Source of the DNA: Cuniculiplasma divulgatum
Lineage (GTDB): Archaea; Thermoplasmatota; Thermoplasmata; Thermoplasmatales; Thermoplasmataceae
Direction: 5' to 3'
NCBI RefSeq assembly: GCF_900083515.1
Contig: NZ_LT671858.1
Location: 660,001 to 692,000, forward strand
DNA: 32,000 bases
Part shown: piece after piece, positions 8,609 to 18,517 of the stretch
How positions within the stretch are numbered: the stretch's first letter is position 1
Layout of the letters: the number at the start of each line of letters is the position of its first letter
Translations under genes and position numbers: made by a program
Notes under the pieces: generated by a model
What the model was told of the DNA's origin: nothing
The model's input: only the letters and a program-made list of their open reading frames with translations
The model's database searches: none

Positions 8609-9437
8609 GCAGATCCCTTATATAATCTTCGAACTTTTTCTCGTCCTTAATGAACCTAATAACTGAACTAGTTTCTCTATAATAATCCGTTGTTAACCTA
8701 TCATAAAGTATCTTGTCCATCTTATTTTCTTCAATTAACTTTTCCTCAAGATTTCTAGATAGAAAACCGCTTGCCTCTTTTACTTCCCCTTTACCCATCT
8801 TTCTCCCATATATATTCATGGCATCGAGAAAGGTGATCATGGAACTTGAATTCGTATATATTGCCCCAATGGTCTTATCACTTTTTTTCAGTGTTTCAGC
8901 AAGATCATCCATATGCGTTGGACAAACTCTCCCTGTTTTTGGGAATTTATCGACACCCTTTGCAAAGAGATCATCAATAATCTTTAGAAAATTGTCGCCC
9001 TCCCCTCCGAATACAAATGATAACCTCACATTAAGATGATTCTTGGCCAGTGTGGTATTGTCCTCTCCTGTTCTCCTCGTTCTGAAATATTCATTGGTTC
9101 CATAATGGACATTAGCAGACGAAAAATAAATCAATCTCTGATTCTTATCAATCCTCTTTACCTCGTTTGCTATTGTTTTTATGCCCTGAACATTTGCATT
9201 GAAAGCCTCCTTCTCATTCTGCGAATAGGAATTGGCCATGTAATATATTATGTCAAATTCCTTAACTAATGGCAGTAATTTTTCCTGGTCTCCCACATCC
9301 CCCTCCATCCAGGTAAAAGCCTCATAACCCTTTTGATCTATCTTGTGGCGTGAATAGTATGAAGTTTCCTCATGATTCATTCTCTTCATTAGATTCCTTC
9401 CTATGTAACCGCTTCCTCCCACGAATAATGCTTTCAT
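8598..9437 (-). CDS. NAD(P)-dependent epimerase/dehydratase (extended SDR) family protein
   Basis: 279-aa ORF with N-terminal Rossmann motif FVGGSGYIGRNL. Specific substrate not assignable. Confidence 0.65.
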   Translation of the reverse strand: MKALFVGGSGYIGRNLMKRMNHEETSYYSRHKIDQKGYEAFTWMEGDVGDQEKLLPLVKEFDIIYYMANSYSQNEKEAFNANVQGIKTIANEVKRIDKNQRLIYFSSANVHYGTNEYFRTRRTGEDNTTLAKNHLNVRLSFVFGGEGDNFLKIIDDLFAKGVDKFPKTGRVCPTHMDDLAETLKKSDKTIGAIYTNSSSMITFLDAMNIYGRKMGKGEVKEASGFLSRNLEEKLIEENKMDKILYDRLTTDYYRETSSVIRFIKDEKKFEDYIRDLPKA

Positions 9438-9635
9438 TACACTGGTATCCAGCCAAACAAAATATATTTTGTTATTTTATTTAACCCGCATTTGTTTTCA
9501 TTTATTAAAAACATGGTTGCCTGAAAACAAAAAGAGCGTTTAGGATGGATATTATGGATCTTTTTTAAGAGCAATAGGTATTTAATAATTATTCATATCC
9601 AAGAATATTTTAATAGATATGAACAATATCAGTAA

Positions 9636-10385
9636 ATGAGTGATTATAGGGATTTTTTTGGAAAAAATGCTGAGAAATACGCAGCAAGTGAGAGTCACAG
9701 AAATGGGAAAGATCTTGAAATATTGATTAATCTGCTTGATCTAAAGGACTCTTACAGGTGCTTAGATCTGGCAGCTGGAACAGGCTTCACCTCCATTTCA
9801 CTGGCTAAAAAGGTGCAAAGTGTTGTTGCATATGATGGTACAGAGCAGATGCTTGAACAGGCAAAGATATTATCCGAGCAGGAGGGTGTTCATAATATAT
9901 CATTTGTACTTGGTAGGGTAGAAGATCTCCCATTTAATGAATCTGAATTTGATGTTGTCACAACTCGAAGGGCAGCTCATCACTTTCATGATAAGGATCA
10001 GTTTTTGAGGGAGGCATTCAGGGTAATGAAAAAAGGTGGTAAACTGGGAATAGCTGATCTAGTTGAACCTGAAACAGATGATCAGGGAAACTACAATAAA
10101 CTGGAAATTCTAAGGGATCAATCACATGTTAGGGCAGAAAAAATTTCACAGTGGAAGATTCTCGTTAAAAAGGCAGGATTTAACAATGTAATAGCTGAGG
10201 AAATGGTAGAGCCTACACATTTCCTAAAATGGCTATATCCCGTCGATGAGAATAGTAAGTCTGGAATGGATGTAAAAAAATACATTGAAAGTTTGGGCGA
10301 TGAAGATTTAAAGAAAATGGATTTTGATATTCATAATATGATTCTACAAAAGCATAGAATGGTTCTGACTGCAGAAAAGCCTTAG
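9636..10385 (+). CDS. Class I SAM-dependent methyltransferase (UbiE/type-11 family)
   Basis: 249-aa ORF with motif I LDLAAGTGF, the acidic post-I residue (AYDG) and motif III-like MKKGGKLGIAD. Confidence 0.8.
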   Translation: MSDYRDFFGKNAEKYAASESHRNGKDLEILINLLDLKDSYRCLDLAAGTGFTSISLAKKVQSVVAYDGTEQMLEQAKILSEQEGVHNISFVLGRVEDLPFNESEFDVVTTRRAAHHFHDKDQFLREAFRVMKKGGKLGIADLVEPETDDQGNYNKLEILRDQSHVRAEKISQWKILVKKAGFNNVIAEEMVEPTHFLKWLYPVDENSKSGMDVKKYIESLGDEDLKKMDFDIHNMILQKHRMVLTAEKP

Positions 10386-10432
10386 ATATAAAAGATCAGT
10401 AACTCAAATATTCAGGTTCAACATGGTGAATA

Positions 10433-11215
10433 ATGAGTTTAGTTAATCTGTATATTATACCACATGGAGATGAACTGATAGATCTTCCGGATAAGGAAAG
10501 CGTCACAATGAGGAATTATATAGCCGAAATAGCCGGAAACGATGACTCCGATGTAATTGTTATACTTTCTCCGCATGGAATGACCATAAAGGATCATATG
10601 GCTGTTATAAATACTGAATATTTCAGGGCAGAAACAAAACTTGTGAATAAGAAACTTGATTTTCTGTGCAGTAACGAGAGAAAACTAACTGAGGAAATAA
10701 TAGAAAAGTTCCCTGAATTCTGTCTGGATGTTAGATTTTCTACCTATTCTGGTGAGCTTAGTGTATTCCCTCTGGATTTTGGTAGTTCAATACCGCTATA
10801 TTTCTTCATTCAAAGAAAAATTGTGATGATAGGTCAGCCAAGGATAAATGACAGAGCAAAACTTGTAGATTTCGGAAAATCACTATTTCACATTGTAAAA
10901 AATTACCCAAAAAAGGTAAGTATCATATTGAGTGCAGATCAGGCACATACACATTCTGCAAAAGGTCCTTACGGCTATTCAGAAGATGCAGATAAATACG
11001 AGAAGATACTTGTAAACGCCATAAAGAATAATTCATTAGATCCAATATACACCATTGATCAGGAGACAGTAAACAGGGGAAAACCTGATAGTTTCTGGAA
11101 TATGTTGATATTAAAGGGTATAATGGATGAATCTGGGATAAAAATCATAATAGACTACCATTATGTTGCGGTTTATTTTGGTATGTTGCTTGCGCACTCA
11201 GTCACAGAAAAATGA
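10433..11215 (+). CDS. LigB/MEMO-superfamily protein (class III extradiol dioxygenase subunit-B-like)
   Basis: 260-aa ORF. His-containing blocks IIPHGDEL, ILSPHG and SADQAHTH sit at positions resembling the metal ligands of YgiD/LigB-type proteins. Similarity judged by eye only. Confidence 0.4.
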   Translation: MSLVNLYIIPHGDELIDLPDKESVTMRNYIAEIAGNDDSDVIVILSPHGMTIKDHMAVINTEYFRAETKLVNKKLDFLCSNERKLTEEIIEKFPEFCLDVRFSTYSGELSVFPLDFGSSIPLYFFIQRKIVMIGQPRINDRAKLVDFGKSLFHIVKNYPKKVSIILSADQAHTHSAKGPYGYSEDADKYEKILVNAIKNNSLDPIYTIDQETVNRGKPDSFWNMLILKGIMDESGIKIIIDYHYVAVYFGMLLAHSVTEK

Positions 11216-11288
11216 AAAAATAGCTATTATATTAAAATTTTTCAAATATAGTTTTTAATACGCTGAAGTGATTATTACATGAAGAAGA

Positions 11289-11867
11289 ATGATAACATTA
11301 GCAGCAAAAGCCAAATTACCAACTTTGGCAGGATTTTTTGATATATACACATTCAATGATGGGGAACCCAATGAAAATGCAGTAATTGTAAAGGGTGATG
11401 TCACAGGAAAAGAAAATGTTCCTGTTAGAATACACAGTGAATGCCTGACAGGAGATGTTTTTGGATCAAAGAGGTGTGATTGCAGAGACCAGCTACTGAA
11501 GTCTCTTGTATATCTGGGAGAACAACCCTATGGAATGCTTATTTATCTGAGACAGGAAGGCAGAGGAATTGGACTTGTAAACAAGATAAAGGCATATAGC
11601 CTTCAGGAAGAGGGATATGATACTGTTGAGGCAAACCTTAAACTGGGACTTCCAGCAGATCAGAGAGATTACACATTTGCAGTGGATGTAATAAATTATT
11701 TCAGGATAAAAAGCGTGAAATTAATGACAAATAATCCTGAAAAAATAAAGTTTCTTGAAGAAAACGGAATAAACGTCTCCGGGAGGATATCCATAAAAAG
11801 CCAGACGACGGAGTATAACAAATTCTACCTGATGACTAAGAAGGAGAAGATGGGTCACCAGATTTGA
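11289..11867 (+). CDS. ribA: GTP cyclohydrolase II
   Basis: 192-aa ORF with the zinc/substrate block [23 protein letters not shown], then [11 protein letters not shown] and TNNPEK, all diagnostic of RibA. Confidence 0.9.
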   Translation: MITLAAKAKLPTLAGFFDIYTFNDGEPNENAVIVKGDVTGKENVPVRIHSECLTGDVFGSKRCDCRDQLLKSLVYLGEQPYGMLIYLRQEGRGIGLVNKIKAYSLQEEGYDTVEANLKLGLPADQRDYTFAVDVINYFRIKSVKLMTNNPEKIKFLEENGINVSGRISIKSQTTEYNKFYLMTKKEKMGHQI

Positions 11868-12023
11868 TCAGAAACTAAAAATCACTCATGGAAAAATTCT
11901 TTTTATTTTAACATAAATAAGCTGTTTTGCAACAGACTGTGAATCCTGTTAAATTCATGTACAATATATTTCTTGTTCTAATTGGGTGGCAAATGTTTTT
12001 TAAAAATAATACACTGATCATAT

Positions 12024-13109
12024 ATGACAGCCGTAAATGCTTATATAACCAATGCACCAGATGGTGGGATAAAATATGAACAAGTTGAAATCAAGGATTC
12101 TCCAGGCAACGTTTCACTAAAGCCATTAGTAACTGGAATTTGTGGAACAGACAGAGGAATTGTAAACGGGGCACTTTCCTTCGCATACAACCCGGAAGGA
12201 TATAATTTCCTGGTAATCGGTCACGAATCATTATGCATGGTGACCGCTTCCAAATCTAATAAATTCAAGAAAGGAGACATTGTTGTACCCATAGTAAGAA
12301 GGCCCGGTGATTGCCCAAATTGCAGGATAGGCAGGCCAGATAACTGCTCGGATGGGAACAAGCATGAAGCTGGAATTACAGGTCTTCATGGCTTCATGAG
12401 GGACTCGTTTAACGAATTCGATTACAATTTAGTTAAGGTTAAGGATACCGATCTTGGTGAAGTTGCAGTACTCACAGAACCCACAAAAAATGCTGTTAAA
12501 GCATTCGAGGTCTTTGATAAGGTAAGAAGCAGATTTATCTATGAAAATGAGTATTCAACTTTTGAAGGAAAGAACGCACTTATAATAGGTTCAGGTAGTG
12601 AAGCTTTTATTTACTCGTTCCTCGCAAGGGACTATGGTTTCAACACATACATGGTCAACAGGCATCCAATAGACCAGATACCCACAGAGCTCTGTAACGC
12701 ATTTGGAGTTAATTTCAGGGACACATCAAAAGAACCTGAATTTCCAGGAGAAATGAAGCTTGATTTTATAGTTGACACAAGCGGTGATCCTGCTACAGTG
12801 CTAAGGTTTCTAAGAAAGATGAACCATAATGGCATCCTCATACTCTTTGGAACAAATGGAAAAGCACCTCAGGCAGGATTGTCAGGGGAGGACATAGATT
12901 TCATCGTGGAGAGAAATATAACAATAGCCGGTTCAGTAGACGCCGCTGAGATCCATTACCTTAAGGCGCTGGATTATCTTTCAAAGTGGAACCGTCTTCA
13001 CAGGGGAATACTAAGTAGAATGATTACTAATAAATTTGCCCCTGGTGAACAGGGGGTTTTTAGCAAAAAGCCACAGGGAGAAATCAAAAGCGTAATTAAA
13101 TGGGAATAG
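12024..13109 (+). CDS. gdh: Glucose 1-dehydrogenase, zinc-dependent MDR family (Thermoplasma type)
   Basis: 361-aa ORF. Long blocks match my recollection of T. acidophilum glucose dehydrogenase: GICGTDRG, FLVIGHES, HEAGITGLHGFMRD, AVLTEPTKN, GSGSEAF, ILFGTNGKAP, IVERNITIAGSVDAA, GEIKSVIKWE. Confidence 0.9.
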   Translation: MTAVNAYITNAPDGGIKYEQVEIKDSPGNVSLKPLVTGICGTDRGIVNGALSFAYNPEGYNFLVIGHESLCMVTASKSNKFKKGDIVVPIVRRPGDCPNCRIGRPDNCSDGNKHEAGITGLHGFMRDSFNEFDYNLVKVKDTDLGEVAVLTEPTKNAVKAFEVFDKVRSRFIYENEYSTFEGKNALIIGSGSEAFIYSFLARDYGFNTYMVNRHPIDQIPTELCNAFGVNFRDTSKEPEFPGEMKLDFIVDTSGDPATVLRFLRKMNHNGILILFGTNGKAPQAGLSGEDIDFIVERNITIAGSVDAAEIHYLKALDYLSKWNRLHRGILSRMITNKFAPGEQGVFSKKPQGEIKSVIKWE

Positions 13110-13124
13110 GATATAGGTCAGGTA

Positions 13125-13988
13125 GTGAAAACAGAAATCTTTAGTGGGAAGGCGTTTTCGAGCAACATTGATAGGGAAACTGAAAAGCTGGTAGAGAGGT
13201 TTGTCAGCATACAGGGAAGAAAACCAAAGCTTCTCATAATAGATCCAACACAAAGTGAAGAAACAAAAGTTTATGGCAGAAGTAAAATCAGGAAGGCTGA
13301 CAGACTTGGAATAGAAACTTTCCCACTTTTTCTCACTTCCCCTGATTCAAATGGAAACCCGCTTGAAATTATGGAAAACATAATTTCTGAAGTTAATCCA
13401 GATGGAATAATTGTGGAAAGACCATATCCATTCTGGCTTGATTCATTTTATATAGAACAGATAATACCAGAATATCTCGATATCGAGGGAATTTCAATAA
13501 AATCACAGGGAAAGAACATGATCGGGTACCCATATATTCTTCCAGCAACTGCTGATGCTGCAATGCGGATAATATTGAGTCTGGGAGAAGATCACAGTAA
13601 GAATGTTTGTATTATAAACAGGTCAACAATAGTGGGAAGGCCCCTAGCAATGGCTCTTCTGAATAAGGATTTTACAGTAACCATGTGTCATAGCAAAACC
13701 AGAGATCTGAAGTCAATAACACGTGCAAGTGATATAGTTGTTTCTGCCATAGGAAAACCAGGTTATATAACTGCAGATTTTATATCAGAGGGTGCTTCAC
13801 TAATAGACATAGGAACAACTGAAGTGAAGGGTAACATTGTAGGTGATATAGATTATAATTCAGTATTAGGAAAGGCTGCATTTGTGACACCTGTACCAGG
13901 CGGAGTTGGGCCAGTAACAACATCAGTATTATTCAGCAATATGATGAAAGCTTCCATAGACAGAATTGAAGAAAGGCTTAATTTTTGA
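13125..13988 (+). CDS. folD: Bifunctional 5,10-methylene-tetrahydrofolate dehydrogenase / cyclohydrolase
   Basis: 287-aa ORF (GTG start) with NRSTIVGRPLA, CHSKT and the C-terminal PVPGGVGPVT motif. Confidence 0.85.
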   Translation: MKTEIFSGKAFSSNIDRETEKLVERFVSIQGRKPKLLIIDPTQSEETKVYGRSKIRKADRLGIETFPLFLTSPDSNGNPLEIMENIISEVNPDGIIVERPYPFWLDSFYIEQIIPEYLDIEGISIKSQGKNMIGYPYILPATADAAMRIILSLGEDHSKNVCIINRSTIVGRPLAMALLNKDFTVTMCHSKTRDLKSITRASDIVVSAIGKPGYITADFISEGASLIDIGTTEVKGNIVGDIDYNSVLGKAAFVTPVPGGVGPVTTSVLFSNMMKASIDRIEERLNF

Positions 13989-14067
13989 TCTCTCTCTGTT
14001 AATAAAATAGTCTGTGGGATAGAAATTCAACGGATAATTAATTAACTGGTAAGTTAATATCTTTTTT

Positions 14068-14790
14068 ATGGCTCTATCTGAGAAGGAAAAATTAGTTAAC
14101 TTTCTAAAATCTTCATTGAAGGATAAATCCGCAATTTTAGGGGTTAGCAGTGGAATTGACAGCTCACTGGTACTCATGTTACTTACGCTTTCCATACCAA
14201 AAGAAAAAATAATACCCATATTCCTTCCAGAGTCATCAGTAAGTCAGAATGATTTAAATGATATCATTGCACTGGAAAAAGCTTCAGGCATTAAAATAAA
14301 GACAGTATACATAGAGAACATAATCAAGGCATACAGCAATTTACTGGAAATAAAGGATATGAAATCACTGGGAAATGTAAAGTCAAGAATCAGAATGACT
14401 GTTCTTTATTATTATGCTAATATCAACAGTGGAATGGTTGTGGGAACAACAAACCTGACAGAATATATAACAGGATACTTTACGAAATTCGGAGATGGAG
14501 GCTGCGATATAGAACCAATCATAGGTCTTACAAAAACAAAGGTAAGGGAACTTTCTGCAGAAGTGGGTGTTCCAGAAAGCATAATAAAGAAGCCTCCCAG
14601 TGCAGGTTTATGGAAGGATCAAACTGATGAGAAAGAGCTTGGCTTTTCCTATTCATTAATCGACGAAGAGGTAGACTATTTCATCAGAAACGGAAGTTTC
14701 GAAGAAAATCATGTGGGTAAGAGGGTTAAATCCCTTTATGAGGCAAGCATGCACAAGAGAACACTTCCAGTGGGACCGGAAAAAGATTAA
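14068..14790 (+). CDS. nadE: NH3-dependent NAD+ synthetase
   Basis: 240-aa ORF with PP-loop GVSSGIDSS, GTTNLTE and KFGDGG motifs. Confidence 0.85.
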   Translation: MALSEKEKLVNFLKSSLKDKSAILGVSSGIDSSLVLMLLTLSIPKEKIIPIFLPESSVSQNDLNDIIALEKASGIKIKTVYIENIIKAYSNLLEIKDMKSLGNVKSRIRMTVLYYYANINSGMVVGTTNLTEYITGYFTKFGDGGCDIEPIIGLTKTKVRELSAEVGVPESIIKKPPSAGLWKDQTDEKELGFSYSLIDEEVDYFIRNGSFEENHVGKRVKSLYEASMHKRTLPVGPEKD

Positions 14791-14792
14791 CA

Positions 14793-16082
14793 ATGCTGAC
14801 ACTTGAAAGTAAGGATTTCATTCAGCTCAGTTTGCTTCTAGTGATCGCATCTTTCTCTATTCCTATAGCTAGGAAGGTATCACTTGTTGAAATTCCAATT
14901 CTGATATCTCTGGGATTGTTATTTGGACCAGGTCTCGGAGTAATTAATCATAGCTTTGCGGAGTACATGATTCAGGATTTTGCAGGATTTGGCGTGGGAA
15001 TACTCGGACTGGTAATCATACTGTATTACGAGAGTCATAACATAAATTTTAGGGTAATAAGGAAGTTTCTTCTTAACATCATATCCCTGAATACAGTAGG
15101 TATGGTTGTTACTTCTGTAGTTGCGGGCGTATTCTTCTCACTGCTCACAGGTGCGCCATTTCTGATTGGATTCCTGTTTGGAGCAATAATATCCCCAACA
15201 GACCCTTCAACCCTAATACCGCTGTTCAGGAAGATTAAGATAAAGGATGATTACTCGGGCACACTCATAGGTGAAAGTCTTTTCAATGATCCACTGGCAA
15301 TTATTCTTGTTACACTGGCTATATCATTCATTTATTCAGGATCTTCGTATTCTACACTTTTCAACAGTGTTACAGGTGCAGTGGGCATTATTGGTGGCAT
15401 TCCACTTTTCCTCGTGATCCAGATAGCTGTCCCATCGGTATTTGGAGTTGCCATGGGCTTCGGAATTATATATCTCAATAAATACCTAAATTTCGAGAAC
15501 CTTATTGTTGGTCTACTCCTTGGTGTGGTATTGTTTGAACTTACTGTGCTTTACGGATTAGGCATAACTCCATTCCCAGCAATCATTGCAACGGGTGCAA
15601 TAGTCGGAACATTCACAGACAAGAGTATATTCTGGTCAAGGGAATCAAATTTTCAGGAAAACCTCTCTTTCCTGGCACAGGGTATAATATTCATTCTGGT
15701 GGGGAGCCTAATAACGATTGGTGACATTACAGGTTATTTGCTGCAGGGCTTTATCCTTACACTCATTGTCATTTTTGTGGTAAGACCAATGGCAGTATTT
15801 ATATCATTACCACCTGGAAGATCCAAGAATAAGGGTCCGGCAAAAAGCTGGAGAACAAAAACTTTCATAGCGCTTTCAGGACCACGTGGTGTCGTTTCTG
15901 TGGTTGAAGGGGCAGTTCCCTATTCAATTGGATTACTGTCTGGTAATGCCTTACTGCTTAAATGGGGACTCGTACTTGAAATAGATGTTACTTTCATAGT
16001 ATTAATATCAATCCTTTTACAGACAATATACCTCCCAATAGTAGCAGGGAGATTATTGCCCCAGGATGCAACTCAAACCTGA
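14793..16082 (+). CDS. Na+/H+ (monovalent cation:proton) antiporter, CPA1/NhaP type
   Basis: 429-aa polytopic membrane ORF with SPTDP and ESLFNDPLAI blocks typical of NhaP/NHE exchangers. Starts 2 nt after nadE. Confidence 0.8.
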   Translation: MLTLESKDFIQLSLLLVIASFSIPIARKVSLVEIPILISLGLLFGPGLGVINHSFAEYMIQDFAGFGVGILGLVIILYYESHNINFRVIRKFLLNIISLNTVGMVVTSVVAGVFFSLLTGAPFLIGFLFGAIISPTDPSTLIPLFRKIKIKDDYSGTLIGESLFNDPLAIILVTLAISFIYSGSSYSTLFNSVTGAVGIIGGIPLFLVIQIAVPSVFGVAMGFGIIYLNKYLNFENLIVGLLLGVVLFELTVLYGLGITPFPAIIATGAIVGTFTDKSIFWSRESNFQENLSFLAQGIIFILVGSLITIGDITGYLLQGFILTLIVIFVVRPMAVFISLPPGRSKNKGPAKSWRTKTFIALSGPRGVVSVVEGAVPYSIGLLSGNALLLKWGLVLEIDVTFIVLISILLQTIYLPIVAGRLLPQDATQT

Positions 16083-17662
16083 ATTTCCTCTGTCATATCC
16101 AGAGATTGAAAAACCCTTCTCCTATCTTTATAAAACTGGTTTACCATATAATAGAAGTCCTTGTAGTTTGAAATTCCCTTTTCGATCATCTTATCCAATA
16201 TCCTTGTCCTGAGGTCTATCTCTTTCTCAAGTTCATCCTCAAATTTCCCCTCCTTCTCGGCTATTTTCTTTATGGCATAACTGAAGCCGGAATAGTTCTG
16301 GGTATCTGACTGTTCATTGAGGATGAATGCATTATTGATCAGTATATCCTTAGAAATGCTGTCCTGTCCAGCTATTTCTGAAATTGTCTTTATTCTCCTT
16401 CTTGATCCACGATCATCAGTTACATTCTGCAGTATTACTGCAACATCCAGTGTCAGGAGCAGATTTCTGGGAATGTTAATGGGTTTAGACTCCATCCTGT
16501 GAATGAAAGTACTAATATCATCTGCGTGGAAAGTGCCATAAACATATCTTCCAATGGACATTGCCTGGAATAGGGTGAACGCCTCAGCACCTCTTACCTC
16601 TCCCACAATAACGTAGCTTGGTCTCTGTCTCATAGTTACGGTAAGAAGGTCAAACATATCTATCTCCCCTGCCCTCTTTCCTGTTTCAGGGTCAAGTTTT
16701 CCATATCCCGTTCTTGTTACCATTGGAACCCAGTTTTCATGAACCAGGTTTATTTCTCTCGTATCCTCTATGGAAACAATCTTCTTTTGTGCAGGAATGA
16801 ATAAAAGTATGGCGTTCATTAGAGTTGTTTTACCTGTGGCAGTACCACCCACAACCATCACATTTCCGCCATATTCCGTAAGCAACCAGAAGTATGCAAA
16901 GACCCTGGTGTTACATAGAGACCTCTGTATTAGGTCAAGTGGTGTCAACGGCTCTTCCTTGAATTTCCTAATGGTAAACGATGATCCCTTATTTGTTATG
17001 TACTTCCCTATGGATGCAGATATTCTGGAACCATCTTCCAGTGTTGCATCAACAATGGGGTTTGATATGGATATATGCCTTCCCACGTCCTGAAGTATCT
17101 TCTTAACAAAGGTCTCGAGCTCTTCGACATCGTCATATATTATATTAGTTGGAATAAATCCAAAGGCCTTGTGATAAACGAATACGGGAACCCCAGGAGC
17201 ATCACAGGAAATATCCTCAATATTAGCATCCCTCATGATCGGATCTATTTTTCCGAACCCCTTTATATCTCTTTCAACATAGTATGTCAGGCTATCCATT
17301 TCATCAGGTGTGAAGGAGTTAGTCATTCTAAGTGCTTTTGTGAACTGGTCGACTGCATCATCCTTTGTTAGCCCACTTATGTTATACATTTCAGGGTCTG
17401 TTATGGATGCAATGAATTCATTCCTGTACTTAGCATATAACTTCGCAACTCTTTCTTTCACCTCAGGTTCATTAACCTCGTACCTGAAAATGGTAGCTCC
17501 TCTATCAAAATATACCCTTGAGAATACAGTCCCGGGTATCAACTCCTGAAAGAACTTATCCTCATTTGTCCTCTTCACAGTCCTGACAGGTGTTATTACC
17601 TGCCTGCTGAGGAATTTCCTCTTTTTTGTCTTCTTCTTTTTTGTTTTAGAAAATAAGGCCAT
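16073..17662 (-). CDS. FlaI/PilB/VirB11-type secretion ATPase, paralog 1 (distal gene of the operon)
   Basis: 529-aa ORF. Blocks: DPIMRDANIEDISC, GSSFTIRKF, Walker A GGTATGKTT, Asp box SIEDTREI, Walker B RPSYVIVGEVRGAE. The His box is altered to QAMSIGRYVYGTFHA. Lys-rich N-terminus. Confidence 0.85.
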   Translation of the reverse strand: MALFSKTKKKKTKKRKFLSRQVITPVRTVKRTNEDKFFQELIPGTVFSRVYFDRGATIFRYEVNEPEVKERVAKLYAKYRNEFIASITDPEMYNISGLTKDDAVDQFTKALRMTNSFTPDEMDSLTYYVERDIKGFGKIDPIMRDANIEDISCDAPGVPVFVYHKAFGFIPTNIIYDDVEELETFVKKILQDVGRHISISNPIVDATLEDGSRISASIGKYITNKGSSFTIRKFKEEPLTPLDLIQRSLCNTRVFAYFWLLTEYGGNVMVVGGTATGKTTLMNAILLFIPAQKKIVSIEDTREINLVHENWVPMVTRTGYGKLDPETGKRAGEIDMFDLLTVTMRQRPSYVIVGEVRGAEAFTLFQAMSIGRYVYGTFHADDISTFIHRMESKPINIPRNLLLTLDVAVILQNVTDDRGSRRRIKTISEIAGQDSISKDILINNAFILNEQSDTQNYSGFSYAIKKIAEKEGKFEDELEKEIDLRTRILDKMIEKGISNYKDFYYMVNQFYKDRRRVFQSLDMTEEIQV

Positions 17663-18517
17663 TTAGAGCACCCCTATTATCGCTAGAACCATTATACTTA
17701 TCAAAACCAATATTCCTGACATCATGGCACCTGAAGTTAGTCTTCCGTCCCTGAAAACTCCTGATATAAGTCCACTTGCAGCACTTTGAACAATTACACC
17801 TGCAGAGAATAACTTTTCTATCAGTCCATAGGAAGAGGAAGCAAGATTCAGAACGCCTCCACCGCTCAGGCCTCCACCTGCAATCTGCGGGAAGAAAAAT
17901 GTATCCAGCATAACAATAACAAATAGGAAGACTCCGAATGATGTTGCAAGGGTAGTAGAATAACTTCTCATATCGGCAAATCTACTTTCCCTCATTAGGT
18001 AGGTTTGTGTTGTGAAACTTGATACCAGGGATATAACATCAGATGTATTGCTGCCTGATTCACTTGCCTTTTTTATAATCTTGCCAACCCTTATAATGGA
18101 CGGTGATTTTAGCCTCTTCCCGAAATCATTCAGGGCAGTTTCTACCGGTATTCCAAGCTTAACCATTCCAGCTAGATGTTCAATTTCAATAGACAATGGA
18201 CCATATTTATTTTCCGCTGATCTCAGTATAGCTTCTGACATTGGAGTTCCAAAATTTGTATGTCCTGCAAGATCCCTAAGGAAATCAGGAAGTCTTCTTT
18301 CCGCTTCCTCTATTCTCTTAACTCTTGCAAAGTCCGCAAGACCAAATGGGAAGAACAGAATTACCATGGCAATGGAGGATAATGTCAGCGGATGAACCAG
18401 TGGGTTGAGATCGTTTATCTTGAAAAAATACCCAGTAAAGAATAAAACGAACATTGTTAGAACTGATCCTGCAAGCGCCACATATCTAAGTTCAACCCCA
18501 CCAATTTCACCCTTCAT
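17663..18517 (-). CDS. Polytopic membrane protein with one T2SSF (FlaJ/TadC-like platform) domain, C-terminal-half equivalent
   Basis: 284-aa ORF. N-terminal TM hairpin, then a cytoplasmic helical block (RLPDFLRDLAG...GIPVETALNDFGKRL...SGSN) and C-terminal TM segments. ATGA overlap with the upstream gene, and its stop abuts the ATPase-1 ATG. Confidence 0.65.
   Translation of the reverse strand: MKGEIGGVELRYVALAGSVLTMFVLFFTGYFFKINDLNPLVHPLTLSSIAMVILFFPFGLADFARVKRIEEAERRLPDFLRDLAGHTNFGTPMSEAILRSAENKYGPLSIEIEHLAGMVKLGIPVETALNDFGKRLKSPSIIRVGKIIKKASESGSNTSDVISLVSSFTTQTYLMRESRFADMRSYSTTLATSFGVFLFVIVMLDTFFFPQIAGGGLSGGGVLNLASSSYGLIEKLFSAGVIVQSAASGLISGVFRDGRLTSGAMMSGILVLISIMVLAIIGVL

Noticed and set aside
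18430-18517. The N-terminus of the 284-aa membrane protein (MKGEIGG...) superficially matches a class III (prepilin) K-G-hydrophobic cleavage motif.
   Set aside because: The following segment contains charged residues (E, R) before the hydrophobic stretch. The protein is a polytopic T2SSF-domain protein, not a short pilin.
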